Shown here one piece after another: positions 56,460-64,000 of a stretch of DNA of 64,000 nucleotides (positions are counted from its first letter, which is position 1; the number at the start of each line of letters is the position of its first letter). The stretch comes from a virus. Its lineage: Duplodnaviria > Caudoviricetes. A program made the translations under genes and the position numbers. Under the pieces are notes generated by a model. The model saw only the letters and a program-made list of their open reading frames with translations. It searched no databases and had not been told where the DNA came from. The DNA lies in IMG/VR virus record IMGVR_UViG_2675903061_000001, positions 24,380 to 88,379 of that record. One strand, written 5' to 3'.

Positions 56460-57911
56460 CTACCGGGTCGGCAGGCCGAGCCTCAGCACCCACATGGTGA
56501 CGGTCTCGCGCGTCACCCCCAGCTCCTCGGCGATCTCAGCGATACCCCGGCCATCTGCCCACAGTGCCCGCAGGCGGGCTTCGGACTGCTCCAGCTTGGG
56601 CATCCTCCGTGCCCGGCGCGGCGGGAGCCCCAGCTCCGCGACCCGACGGCGCAGGGTGGGCAATGCGACGCCGAGTTCGGCGGCGATCGATCTCACGGTC
56701 CGCTCCTGGTCCGCCCACATCTCCGCGACCTTGTCGAGCTGGTCCGCGCGCCGGGCCGCCTGCCGTGGCGGGAGCCCTTCCTCCTGCGCCCACTTGTGCA
56801 CGGTGACGCGGCTGATCCCCAGCTCCTCGGCGATGCTGGTGGGGCTGCGGTCCGGGTCGGCCCACAGCTCCCCCAAGCGGCGCCGGGCGTCCGCGCTGTC
56901 CCGTCCTGACCGGCGTGGGGGCAGTTCGGCTTTCGCTGCCCAGCGATGCACGGTAACCGGGGTGACGCCGAGTTCAGCCGCGATGTCCCGCACTCTCGCC
57001 CCGTCGGCCCACAGCTCCCGCAGCCTCGGCATGGCCTGGTCCAGCGTCGTGGCCGGGCGACTCCGAGGCCCGCCCAGCTCCCCTGCCTGCTGGGCCTCGC
57101 CCTCGGTCACGGGCTGCTGTCGAGGAGCGCGACCCGGCCGGGTTGCCCCGATCCTCTCGATCCAGTTCAGGACCGACTGGTCGCTGACCCCCAGCTCCCG
57201 GGCCATCTCCGTGACGCTCCTGCCCTCCTCCAGCAGTTCCTCCAGCCGCTCTCTGCTCTCGGCGAACCGTGCCCCTGGAGGCTTGGCCCGGGGCGGGAGC
57301 CCCAGCTGGCGAGCCCACTGCCACACCGTGTTATCGGACGCCCCGAGGGTCTTGCCGATCTCGAGTACCGTGATGCTGCGGTCGGCCCACAGCTCCCGCA
57401 ACTGCGCCACCCGGTCCGCCGTCAGCAGGATCTTCCAGCTCGGCGAGGTCTCCCGGGCTGCCCCCGTCAGCAGGGCGACGACCGCGGCTTCCGCCTGGGC
57501 GACCCCCGGCCGCCCTCGCAGATCCTCCAGCTCACTATCTGACAGGCCGCACACATACGCCGCCAGGCCCGCATCACCCGCGGTCCGCGTCAAGGCGGCC
57601 AGGTAGTCCCCGACCCGCGCCGCCTGCTGTACTTCCTCGGGGTATCCGTCCAAGGCGGCGCGCAGTTCACCGTCCCGGCTGGCCTGGGCACCTAGGCGAG
57701 CGACGGGCAGGCCGACGCCGTCGGCCGCCGCTTCCGGCCGCGATCCTGCCCGCAGCGCGTCCAGCACCGTGCGCCGCTGCTCCAGGGTCATGCCGCGGTA
57801 GCGGCCGGTCTCGGCGTTGTGGGCGGTGCGGCAGCGCGGGCACCGGCCGCCCCTTCGCCACCCGGAGGGGGTGCCGCAGAAACGACCGGCCTCGGCGCAG
57901 TGCTTGATCAC
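56460..57911 (-). CDS. Multi-HTH repeat protein (six tandem C-terminal HTH units)
   Basis: Repeated LRELWAD..IAxELGV...WxxxxGLPPR units. Confidence 0.8.
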   Translation of the reverse strand: MIKHCAEAGRFCGTPSGWRRGGRCPRCRTAHNAETGRYRGMTLEQRRTVLDALRAGSRPEAAADGVGLPVARLGAQASRDGELRAALDGYPEEVQQAARVGDYLAALTRTAGDAGLAAYVCGLSDSELEDLRGRPGVAQAEAAVVALLTGAARETSPSWKILLTADRVAQLRELWADRSITVLEIGKTLGASDNTVWQWARQLGLPPRAKPPGARFAESRERLEELLEEGRSVTEMARELGVSDQSVLNWIERIGATRPGRAPRQQPVTEGEAQQAGELGGPRSRPATTLDQAMPRLRELWADGARVRDIAAELGVTPVTVHRWAAKAELPPRRSGRDSADARRRLGELWADPDRSPTSIAEELGISRVTVHKWAQEEGLPPRQAARRADQLDKVAEMWADQERTVRSIAAELGVALPTLRRRVAELGLPPRRARRMPKLEQSEARLRALWADGRGIAEIAEELGVTRETVTMWVLRLGLPTR

Positions 57912-58348
57912 CGAGTCCCGCTTCCCGCGTCGCTGGCGTAGGTGATGGCCAGGCCGGGCACCTCCTGGGCGACCCGGGCGACGACAGCGCGGTGCCAGGA
58001 CGCGGGGAACGGGATCTCGGGGTGCGCCTTGTGGTATTCGGTGTCGTCGCGGTAGGTGATCACCCCGGGTTCGGGCATGTCCATCAGCGCGGTGATGAGG
58101 CCGCTGACGAACTCCCCGGTGCGGCGCTCCAGGTCCTCGATCTCCAGGCGGACGCCGTCGGGGATGACGTAGGTGCCGGCTTCCCAGTGGCGTACCGTGC
58201 GGCCGGTCACGCGCAGGTGGGCGGCGAGCCAGTCCACGGACAGGCCCAGGAATTCGCGCACGACGCGCAGTTCGGCGGGGGTCATCCGCTCGTCCTCGGG
58301 CATCCCGGGCGGGTCACTGTGGGCGCGTTCGGTGTTCTTGGCGTTCAC
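57908..58348 (-). CDS. DUF1870 / Aca2-like XRE regulator
   Basis: MTPAELRVVREFLGLS..TVRHWEAG..IP..YRDD..WHRAVVARV. Confidence 0.75.
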   Translation of the reverse strand: MNAKNTERAHSDPPGMPEDERMTPAELRVVREFLGLSVDWLAAHLRVTGRTVRHWEAGTYVIPDGVRLEIEDLERRTGEFVSGLITALMDMPEPGVITYRDDTEYHKAHPEIPFPASWHRAVVARVAQEVPGLAITYASDAGSGTR

Positions 58349-58411
58349 GTCGGTCTCTCCAGGGGTGGGCCCCGGCCGACTCGCGGCCGGGGCTGTGGGG
58401 GTGGGTCTTGG

Positions 58412-58711
58412 TCAGCGGGCTGCGGGCTCGACGGTGACGGTGCAGCCGGTGGGCACTGCCTCCCACCGTCCGGTCAGGTGCCAGCCGGCCGCCTCCAGGG
58501 CGTCCTCGGCCTGCTTAATGGCGTCGGTGCCGTCGGCGTCGTGCCGGGCGTCCAGCTCGGCGCGGAAGAGGGGGTCACCGAAGGAGGAGCGGGCACCCCG
58601 GTCGTCGGGGCTGTCGCCGCGGATCTCGTCCTCCAGGACGACCACGTCGCAGTGGTCACCGTCCAGGACGGAGCGGTCGGTGCTGAGCCAGGCGGTGAAG
58701 TAGCGGGACAT
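58412..58711 (-). CDS. small acidic hypothetical protein
   Basis: 99 aa, Asp/Glu-rich; RBS present. Confidence 0.7.
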   Translation of the reverse strand: MSRYFTAWLSTDRSVLDGDHCDVVVLEDEIRGDSPDDRGARSSFGDPLFRAELDARHDADGTDAIKQAEDALEAAGWHLTGRWEAVPTGCTVTVEPAAR

Positions 58712-58753
58712 AGCGGTTCCCTTCTGAGGGTTGGTGGTGGGTGGTGAGGCGGT

Positions 58754-59272
58754 TCACAGGGCGGCGACGGCGGCCTCGACGCCGGCGAAGGCAGCGGCGA
58801 CCAGGTCCACGGTCTCGCGGTCGCCGTTGAGGTAGCGGACCTCGTAGGCGCGGGCGCCGTAGTGCAGGGCGACCAGGCGGCCCTCGGCGACGTCGAAGTA
58901 CAGCTTCTGGACGGCGCTGGCGATACCGGCGGCGCGGCCGTTGGCGATGCCGCGGCCGTTCAGGGCGGCGGAGGAGACGTTGCCGGTGCGGTAGTGGGTC
59001 AGCTCCAGGCCGATGAAGCCGGCGATGTTGTTGAGGTAGACGCGGTCCTTGCCGGCCTTGGTCCAGCGCCGGCCGCCGATCGCGATGATGTCGTCGGCGG
59101 TCAGCGGCTTGGGGGCGGCCGGCTTGTCGAGGCTGATGCGGTACTCCAGGCTGGCCTCGTCGATGTCCCAGCCGTGGCCGGTCTTGACGGCGGCGACGGC
59201 CCCCATGCGGCACCAAGTGCGGATGGTCGCGACGGTGCGGTTGGCCTTGGCGGCGGCGAGGGTGGTGTTCAT
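58754..59272 (-). CDS. Xis-like HTH fused to an unknown domain
   Basis: RTVATIRTWCRMG..GWDIDEASL; WTKAGKDRVYLN motif. Confidence 0.72.
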   Translation of the reverse strand: MNTTLAAAKANRTVATIRTWCRMGAVAAVKTGHGWDIDEASLEYRISLDKPAAPKPLTADDIIAIGGRRWTKAGKDRVYLNNIAGFIGLELTHYRTGNVSSAALNGRGIANGRAAGIASAVQKLYFDVAEGRLVALHYGARAYEVRYLNGDRETVDLVAAAFAGVEAAVAAL

Positions 59273-59325
59273 GGCCGGTTCCTCCCGGTCGGGTCTGGGG
59301 CTGATCCCCTTGACCTGATGACACC

Positions 59326-59354
59326 ATCATAGCTTCCAAATACGGAAGCCGCAA
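59326..59354 (-). promoter_or_regulatory. Sigma70-type promoter with an inverted repeat in the spacer
   Basis: TTGCGG-N17-TATGAT; GCTTCC-N6-GGAAGC at 59332-59349. Confidence 0.72.
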
Positions 59355-59760
59355 GCCTGGGTGCAGGCAGAACCCACCGGGCGCCCCCAACCCACCCCGT
59401 GCTGCAATCACCCCATGAGGACGGACATCGCGCATGGCGCCCCCAATAAGGTCCAGCCCGGCTCAGTCACCCCGCCGCGGATGAGGAACGCCCTCAGGGG
59501 AGAAGAGGACGTTCAAGGGCCGGGTGTAGTCGGCGGTGCTCATCGGCCGCGCCTCAGGGCCCCAGTCCTCCTCCCACTGGACTTTCGTGCCCGACTCACC
59601 GACTACACCGCCGACCGTGCACCTCCGCCAGGCGCCGCGGCCCGCGCTCACATCCCTCCTCATGCCCAGCCAAACGCCCGGTCGGCTGGTCCGACCCTCG
59701 ATAACATGCCGTATTGCCGGTTCCACCACTTCCCTCGTTCCCCGGCGAACCGTCATAGAG

Positions 59761-59788
59761 ATAGTGGATAATGACAGTTATCCCATAC
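59761..59788. other. dif/res-like tyrosine recombinase site
   Basis: ATAGTGGATAA-TGACAG-TTATCCCATAC (11-6-11, ATAA/TTAT core). Confidence 0.5.
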
Positions 59789-59808
59789 ACGCGAGTGAGG
59801 AGAAGGAC

Positions 59809-59988
59809 GTGAGCAAGGACCCCAACGCTTGCGGCGCGCGACCGCTGTACGGCAGCGCCCGCTGCCACCTGCCAAGCGGACATGACGGGAAGCACCGTGC
59901 CCGCGTAGCTGTAGGCGGGGAGATCGTGTACGCCGACAGCTACGTGAACCTGGTCGATCGAGCGGGACGCACCACGGCGGTCCGATGA
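59809..59988 (+). CDS. small hypothetical protein (C..CHLPSGHDGKH motif)
   Basis: AGGAG/AAGGA RBS; coupled to the recombinase gene. Confidence 0.55.
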   Translation: MSKDPNACGARPLYGSARCHLPSGHDGKHRARVAVGGEIVYADSYVNLVDRAGRTTAVR

Positions 59989-61052
59989 CGCCCCTCGTCC
60001 CCCGCCCGTCGGCGGAGCTGTCGACTGACCGTCACGACCCGCGCGACGACTGGCCGTCCGAAGCCCGCGCCCTCGCCGACCACCTCACCGCCATCTACGG
60101 CGACCGCGACCCGCTGCCCACCGTCGCCGGAGGATGGTGCGCCCGCCAGCGCTCCCGCCACACCCGCCGCGCCTACGCCCGCGCGTTCCTGCGCTGGGAG
60201 ACCTACACCCGGGAAGCCGGCATCCACCCCCTGCAAGCAAGGCTTCCCCTCGCCGACGCCTACGCCTCCTACCTGGAGACCGCGCCGACCATGCGCCGCG
60301 TCAAGGGCGGACGCCGGAACGAGATGACCCCCACCGGGCCACCCCTGTCCGACTCCGGCCGCGCCCAAGCCCTCTCAGCCGCCGGGTCCTTCTACACCTA
60401 CGCCGTCCGCGTCCAAGCCGCCCCCGCCAGCCCGTTCACCTCCATCAACCGGCCCCTCATCGACCCCGACCACTCACCCACCGAAGGCATGCTCCCCGAG
60501 GAGACCGCCGCCCTCATCGAAACCGCCCACACCTGGCACCCCCGCTCCTACGCCCTCGTCACCCTGCTCTACCTCCTCGGCCCCCGCGTCGACGAGATCC
60601 TGTCCCTCAACGCTGGCCAGCTCGGCTACGACCGCGGCCACCGCACCCTCCCCCTCACCCTCAAGGGAGGAAAGCGGAAGCCCGTCCCCGTCCCGCCGCT
60701 CGCCCTCGACGCCCTCCTGACCTACCTCAACGGGCGCCGCGACGGCCCGCTGTTCGCGACGAGCACAGGGCAGCGCTGGACGGAGCCCCAGGTGTGGAAG
60801 CACCTGCGGATGCTCGCCCGCCGCGCCGGCATCCCGCAGGCCAACAGCATCAAGCCCCACACCCTGCGGCACGGCTTCATCACCGACAGCCTGGAGAACA
60901 AGGTCCCGCTGCAGGACGTGCAAGACGCTGTCGGACACGCCGATCCGCGTACCACCCAGCGGTACAACCGTCGCCGACGCCGCCTCGACGACCACCCTGC
61001 TTACGCCCTCGCCGCGAGCCTGGCCGTCCGTCTCCGGCCTGGCGACGCCTGA
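59985..61052 (+). CDS. Tyrosine recombinase (XerC/D-like)
   Basis: GPRVDE (R), KGG (K), HTLRH, VGHADPRTTQRY catalytic motifs. Confidence 0.93.
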   Translation: MTPLVPRPSAELSTDRHDPRDDWPSEARALADHLTAIYGDRDPLPTVAGGWCARQRSRHTRRAYARAFLRWETYTREAGIHPLQARLPLADAYASYLETAPTMRRVKGGRRNEMTPTGPPLSDSGRAQALSAAGSFYTYAVRVQAAPASPFTSINRPLIDPDHSPTEGMLPEETAALIETAHTWHPRSYALVTLLYLLGPRVDEILSLNAGQLGYDRGHRTLPLTLKGGKRKPVPVPPLALDALLTYLNGRRDGPLFATSTGQRWTEPQVWKHLRMLARRAGIPQANSIKPHTLRHGFITDSLENKVPLQDVQDAVGHADPRTTQRYNRRRRRLDDHPAYALAASLAVRLRPGDA

Positions 61053-61116
61053 CCCCCGGCAGCGCAACGGCCCTGCTCAGCTGCAGCCAGGCGCGTTCCT
61101 GCGGAGCCGTGTGCGG

Positions 61117-61617
61117 TCAGGAGGGCAGGTCAGACTTCCGTTGGGCGCCCTCCGGCCACACCACATCTACCGGAAGTCCGCGTTCCCGAGCGGCCATCAC
61201 CACGTCCGCGGTGCCGCCGCCCTTCCCACCGGGAGGCGCACCGTTCCACACCGCGACCAGCCGGTCCGCGCGGCCCAGGAGAACTTCGTTGGCCGCCTCG
61301 TAGGCCGCCCGGTCGGCGGTCTCGCACGGCATGACCAACACCTCATCAGCCGCAGCGGCCAGCCGGTCGAAGAGCGCGGCGTGCTCCGGCTTGACCTTCC
61401 GCGCCCGGTAGTCGCGGGAGGGCAGGACCACCGCCAGCCGGCCGCCGATTTCCAGCACCGCCTCAGCGAACAGCGCGTCGGCGCCCGCGGCGATGCAGGA
61501 CACCCCTACGAGTTCGGCCGGGTCATGCCCGGCAAGCAGCTCCTTCAGCGCTGCGCGCACCAGCGGTTCGGTCTCCGCGGTGATGTCCATGTGCCCGGTC
61601 ACCGAGATCGTCGTCAA
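61117..61617 (-). CDS. SLOG/DprA-like Rossmann-fold protein
   Basis: VTGH, CIAAGADALFA and AVWNG..GGTADVV motifs. Confidence 0.75.
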   Translation of the reverse strand: MTTISVTGHMDITAETEPLVRAALKELLAGHDPAELVGVSCIAAGADALFAEAVLEIGGRLAVVLPSRDYRARKVKPEHAALFDRLAAAADEVLVMPCETADRAAYEAANEVLLGRADRLVAVWNGAPPGGKGGGTADVVMAARERGLPVDVVWPEGAQRKSDLPS

Positions 61618-61626
61618 CTCGCCCTC

Positions 61627-63066
61627 CTAGCTGGCCAGTGCAGTGCGAATACGGTCACGCGCCTCGCGGACAGGCGCCAGATCACGCCCCACCGTATAGC
61701 GGTAGAGGGCACCGAGCTTGACCCGAACGCGTCCCGACTGCGTCCTGGCCGCCGCGTCCACCGCGCGGTGTGTGTCCTCCACGCCGGATGCGAGATCGCC
61801 GGCGATGAACCGGGCCTCGGCCAGGCCGATGAGGTCCAAGGCGTGGCTGCGGGCGGCCTCCTCGCCTCGCAGCCGCAGCGCCTCCGTGATATGGGCCGCG
61901 GCTTGGTCGGCGAACCGGCGGTCCGCGCGGGCCATGCTCAGATACCGGCCGCCTGTCACGCCCGCGAGTTCGGCTTGGTCGAAGTAGCCGATCCAGTGCG
62001 GCTCGCCCTCCTGTGCTGCCTCGGGGAGGGCTTCGCGGGCCTGCTCCGTGGCCCGGTGGAACGCGGCTGGGCGGCCCATCGCCGCATACGCCCACGCTTC
62101 CCTGGTGTGCAGCATCGCTCTGGTGCGCTCTCCATGGGCGCCTTGGGAACCTTCCTGCGCGAGGCGCACCAGTTCCAGTGCGTCTTGTGGCCTGTCCTGA
62201 TACAGCAACTGCCGGGCCATGCCCGCCAGGACGTTCGCCCCAAACGCCCTGTCCTCGCCGGCGTGTGAAGCGTGAAGCGCGAGGCGGTAGTAGTCCTGGG
62301 CGCGGCGCTGATGACCGCAGTCCCAGGCCATGATCGCGGCGGTCTCGGAGAGCTGGGCCATGACTTGGTACAGGCGTTGTTCGATCGGGTCGGTCTGGTG
62401 GTCGGAAAGCGCGGCGGCGACCTCGTTGAGCTGGCCAATCACGGCCTTCTGGCGCAGGCCGCCGCCGAAGCGGTGGTCCCACTGCCGGAAGACGCGGGCG
62501 GTCTGCTCCAGCTCGTCGACGTCGCGGGCGCCAAGGCGGCCGGTGCTGCGCTGCAAGCGGCGGACGCCGACGGTGTTGAGCCACCCGTCCAGGGCGTCGA
62601 GCAGGGCGGGCCCGGTGGTGAGGGCGGCGGTAAGGGCACGGGAAGCGGTACGGCGGTCCATCACGAGATCGGTCCTTGTCATACGCAGGGCAAGGTCCAC
62701 AGCGGCAACGGGCTGCCAGGCGTCAGCAGGGATGGTGTCGGGGGGTGAGGGGCCGGCTGGCCGCCGGTCGTCCTGTTCCCACCGCCGCGGGGTAAGGCCG
62801 ACCATGTGCCCGGGAATGCGCAGGCCGTCGGCGATCCGAGAGATTACCTGGTAAGACGTGACCCGGTGGGTGCCTTTGAGGATGGTGGAGACCTTGCCTG
62901 GAGTGAGGGCACAGGCGGCAGCGATGCGGTTCTGAGAGAGACCGCCGTATTTCTTGATGATGCTGAATGCGGCGGAGAAATCGTGCTCGGCGAGGGCTTG
63001 GCGCAGGTCGGGGCGGTCCAGTAACTCGGCGGGGACGGGGGCGGCCTGGTCTGGGGTGGGGGGCAT
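61627..63066 (-). CDS. XRE-HTH plus helical-repeat regulator (NsdA-like)
   Basis: GLSQNRIAAAC..RIADGLRIP; DHRFGGG and AQDYYRLAL motifs typical of this Streptomyces family. Confidence 0.78.
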   Translation of the reverse strand: MPPTPDQAAPVPAELLDRPDLRQALAEHDFSAAFSIIKKYGGLSQNRIAAACALTPGKVSTILKGTHRVTSYQVISRIADGLRIPGHMVGLTPRRWEQDDRRPAGPSPPDTIPADAWQPVAAVDLALRMTRTDLVMDRRTASRALTAALTTGPALLDALDGWLNTVGVRRLQRSTGRLGARDVDELEQTARVFRQWDHRFGGGLRQKAVIGQLNEVAAALSDHQTDPIEQRLYQVMAQLSETAAIMAWDCGHQRRAQDYYRLALHASHAGEDRAFGANVLAGMARQLLYQDRPQDALELVRLAQEGSQGAHGERTRAMLHTREAWAYAAMGRPAAFHRATEQAREALPEAAQEGEPHWIGYFDQAELAGVTGGRYLSMARADRRFADQAAAHITEALRLRGEEAARSHALDLIGLAEARFIAGDLASGVEDTHRAVDAAARTQSGRVRVKLGALYRYTVGRDLAPVREARDRIRTALAS

Positions 63067-63331
63067 CGGGCACCTCAAGTCCGGTCCGGTGGTTCTGTCG
63101 GGCACAACGAGCCTATTACCGCTGCGGTAACCCTCGCTGGGAATCCCGGAAGGGCAGGCGCGGCGGGAACCTCGTGTGTATGAGCCGAGGACACACCCGC
63201 GGTGATGCCTGGGATTGGCCTGAGGGCACTCCGCTGCATCAGATGGTTCCCATTCCTCCGGTCGGGGGCGAGCCGGGGCCGGCTGGCGACGATGGCGGCG
63301 GCCCTGCGGGCGGGGCCGGGGAGGAGGAGCA

Positions 63332-63604
63332 GTGAGCAGCGCGCAGCCGTGCATCCACTGCCACCAGGTCACCGGGCGGCCCATCATGGTCGCGAGCGTG
63401 GAGCAGAACAGCGGCGCCGGCTGGGCCGGGTACGCCTGCCCCGCCCACGCCCACCACTACCGCACCGCCGGGGACCTCGCCGCAGCCCTCGCCGGGCACC
63501 GGCAGGTGTGCAGCCACTGCCACCTCACCGGCGCCGACTGCCCGACCGCGGCCGCGCTCCGCGAGGCGCACGAACACGCCGCGGCGGCCGGGGCCGAGCG
63601 GTGA
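63332..63604 (+). CDS. small Cys-rich protein
   Basis: GGAGG RBS; CIHC..EQNSGAG..YAC..H. Confidence 0.6.
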   Translation: MSSAQPCIHCHQVTGRPIMVASVEQNSGAGWAGYACPAHAHHYRTAGDLAAALAGHRQVCSHCHLTGADCPTAAALREAHEHAAAAGAER

Positions 63605-63855
63605 GCAGCACCGTCCTCGCCCCGGCCTGCGCCACTGCGGACCAGGTAGGGGCTCCGGAGATGCACCGCTGGTGCCACGGCACCTACGCCATGACCATCC
63701 CCGCCTCCGGCCCGGTACCCGTCGCCCGGCAACGCTGCGACTGCGAGTGCCACACGGCTACGGCGGAGGAGGAGGCGCCTCCGGCAGCAGATCACCCGGC
63801 GGCACCCGGAGGGCCTGGGCGATCTGGAGAAGGCGGGACAGCGGCAGATCGGTGA
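63601..63855 (+). CDS. small Cys-rich hypothetical protein
   Basis: GTGA overlap; HRWC..CDCECH; 3' end overlaps a convergent gene. Confidence 0.45.
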   Translation: MSSTVLAPACATADQVGAPEMHRWCHGTYAMTIPASGPVPVARQRCDCECHTATAEEEAPPAADHPAAPGGPGRSGEGGTAADR

Positions 63856-64000
63856 GCGCCAGCTCGTAGCGGACCACCGTCCGCCGCTCGACCTCCAGGA
63901 GCTCGGCGAGCTGCTCCTGGCTCAGGCGTGCCCGGGTGCGCGCGTCGCGGATACGGCGGCCGGTCTCAAGCCGCCCGGACGTGACGTGATCATGGGGCAC
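63758..64000 (-). CDS. XRE-family HTH regulator (may be 5'-truncated by the window edge)
   Basis: IRDARTRARLSQEQLAELLEVERRTVVRYE. Confidence 0.8.
   Translation of the reverse strand: MPHDHVTSGRLETGRRIRDARTRARLSQEQLAELLEVERRTVVRYELALTDLPLSRLLQIAQALRVPPGDLLPEAPPPPP

Larger units (their letters stand above)
1..61052. mobile_element. Temperate siphovirus prophage (actinophage); left end lies outside the window, right end uncertain
   Basis: Replication, packaging, head, tail, lysis and tyrosine recombinase genes in canonical order; no att repeat identified. Confidence 0.92.

Noticed and set aside
1-64000. tRNA/rRNA genes, reverse transcriptase or DGR, IS transposases, att direct repeats
   Set aside because: None recognised by eye; a tRNAscan/Infernal and repeat search would be needed to exclude them formally

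Overview
This very high-GC window (Streptomyces-like) is almost entirely one temperate siphovirus prophage. 1-16.2 kb is the early/replication arm: DUF5131 protein, DEDDh exonuclease, C5 and N6 DNA methyltransferases, an orphan Phd antitoxin, an initiator carrying internal iterons, DnaB and many small ORFs. 16.2-27.7 kb is a Streptomyces plasmid/AICE-type conjugation module: KorSA-like GntR with palindromic operators, Xis-like HTH, Spd-like membrane proteins, and a TraB FtsK translocase followed by clt-like 8-bp repeats. This module has no replicase or integrase of its own. 27.7-31.1 kb holds a late promoter/terminator, HNH, the probable cos region, a prim-pol and a GIY-YIG gene. 31.1-52.5 kb is an apparently intact morphogenesis and lysis operon. 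A five-gene glycan cassette sits between the major capsid gene and the head-tail adaptor: NDP-sugar dehydrogenase, two glycosyltransferases, an FkbM methyltransferase, and a methyltransferase fused to a CTP-dependent riboflavin-kinase-like domain. 53-59.4 kb has minus-strand accessory cassettes with near-consensus promoters, an Aca2/DUF1870-like regulator and a six-repeat HTH protein. The window ends with a dif-like site next to a tyrosine recombinase, then regulator genes that may be prophage or host. The strongest candidates for novel biology are (i) virion glycosylation with a putative methyl-phosphate capping enzyme and (ii) a phage carrying a complete-looking TraB/clt conjugation system. 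All family calls come from motif recognition by eye, not database searches.
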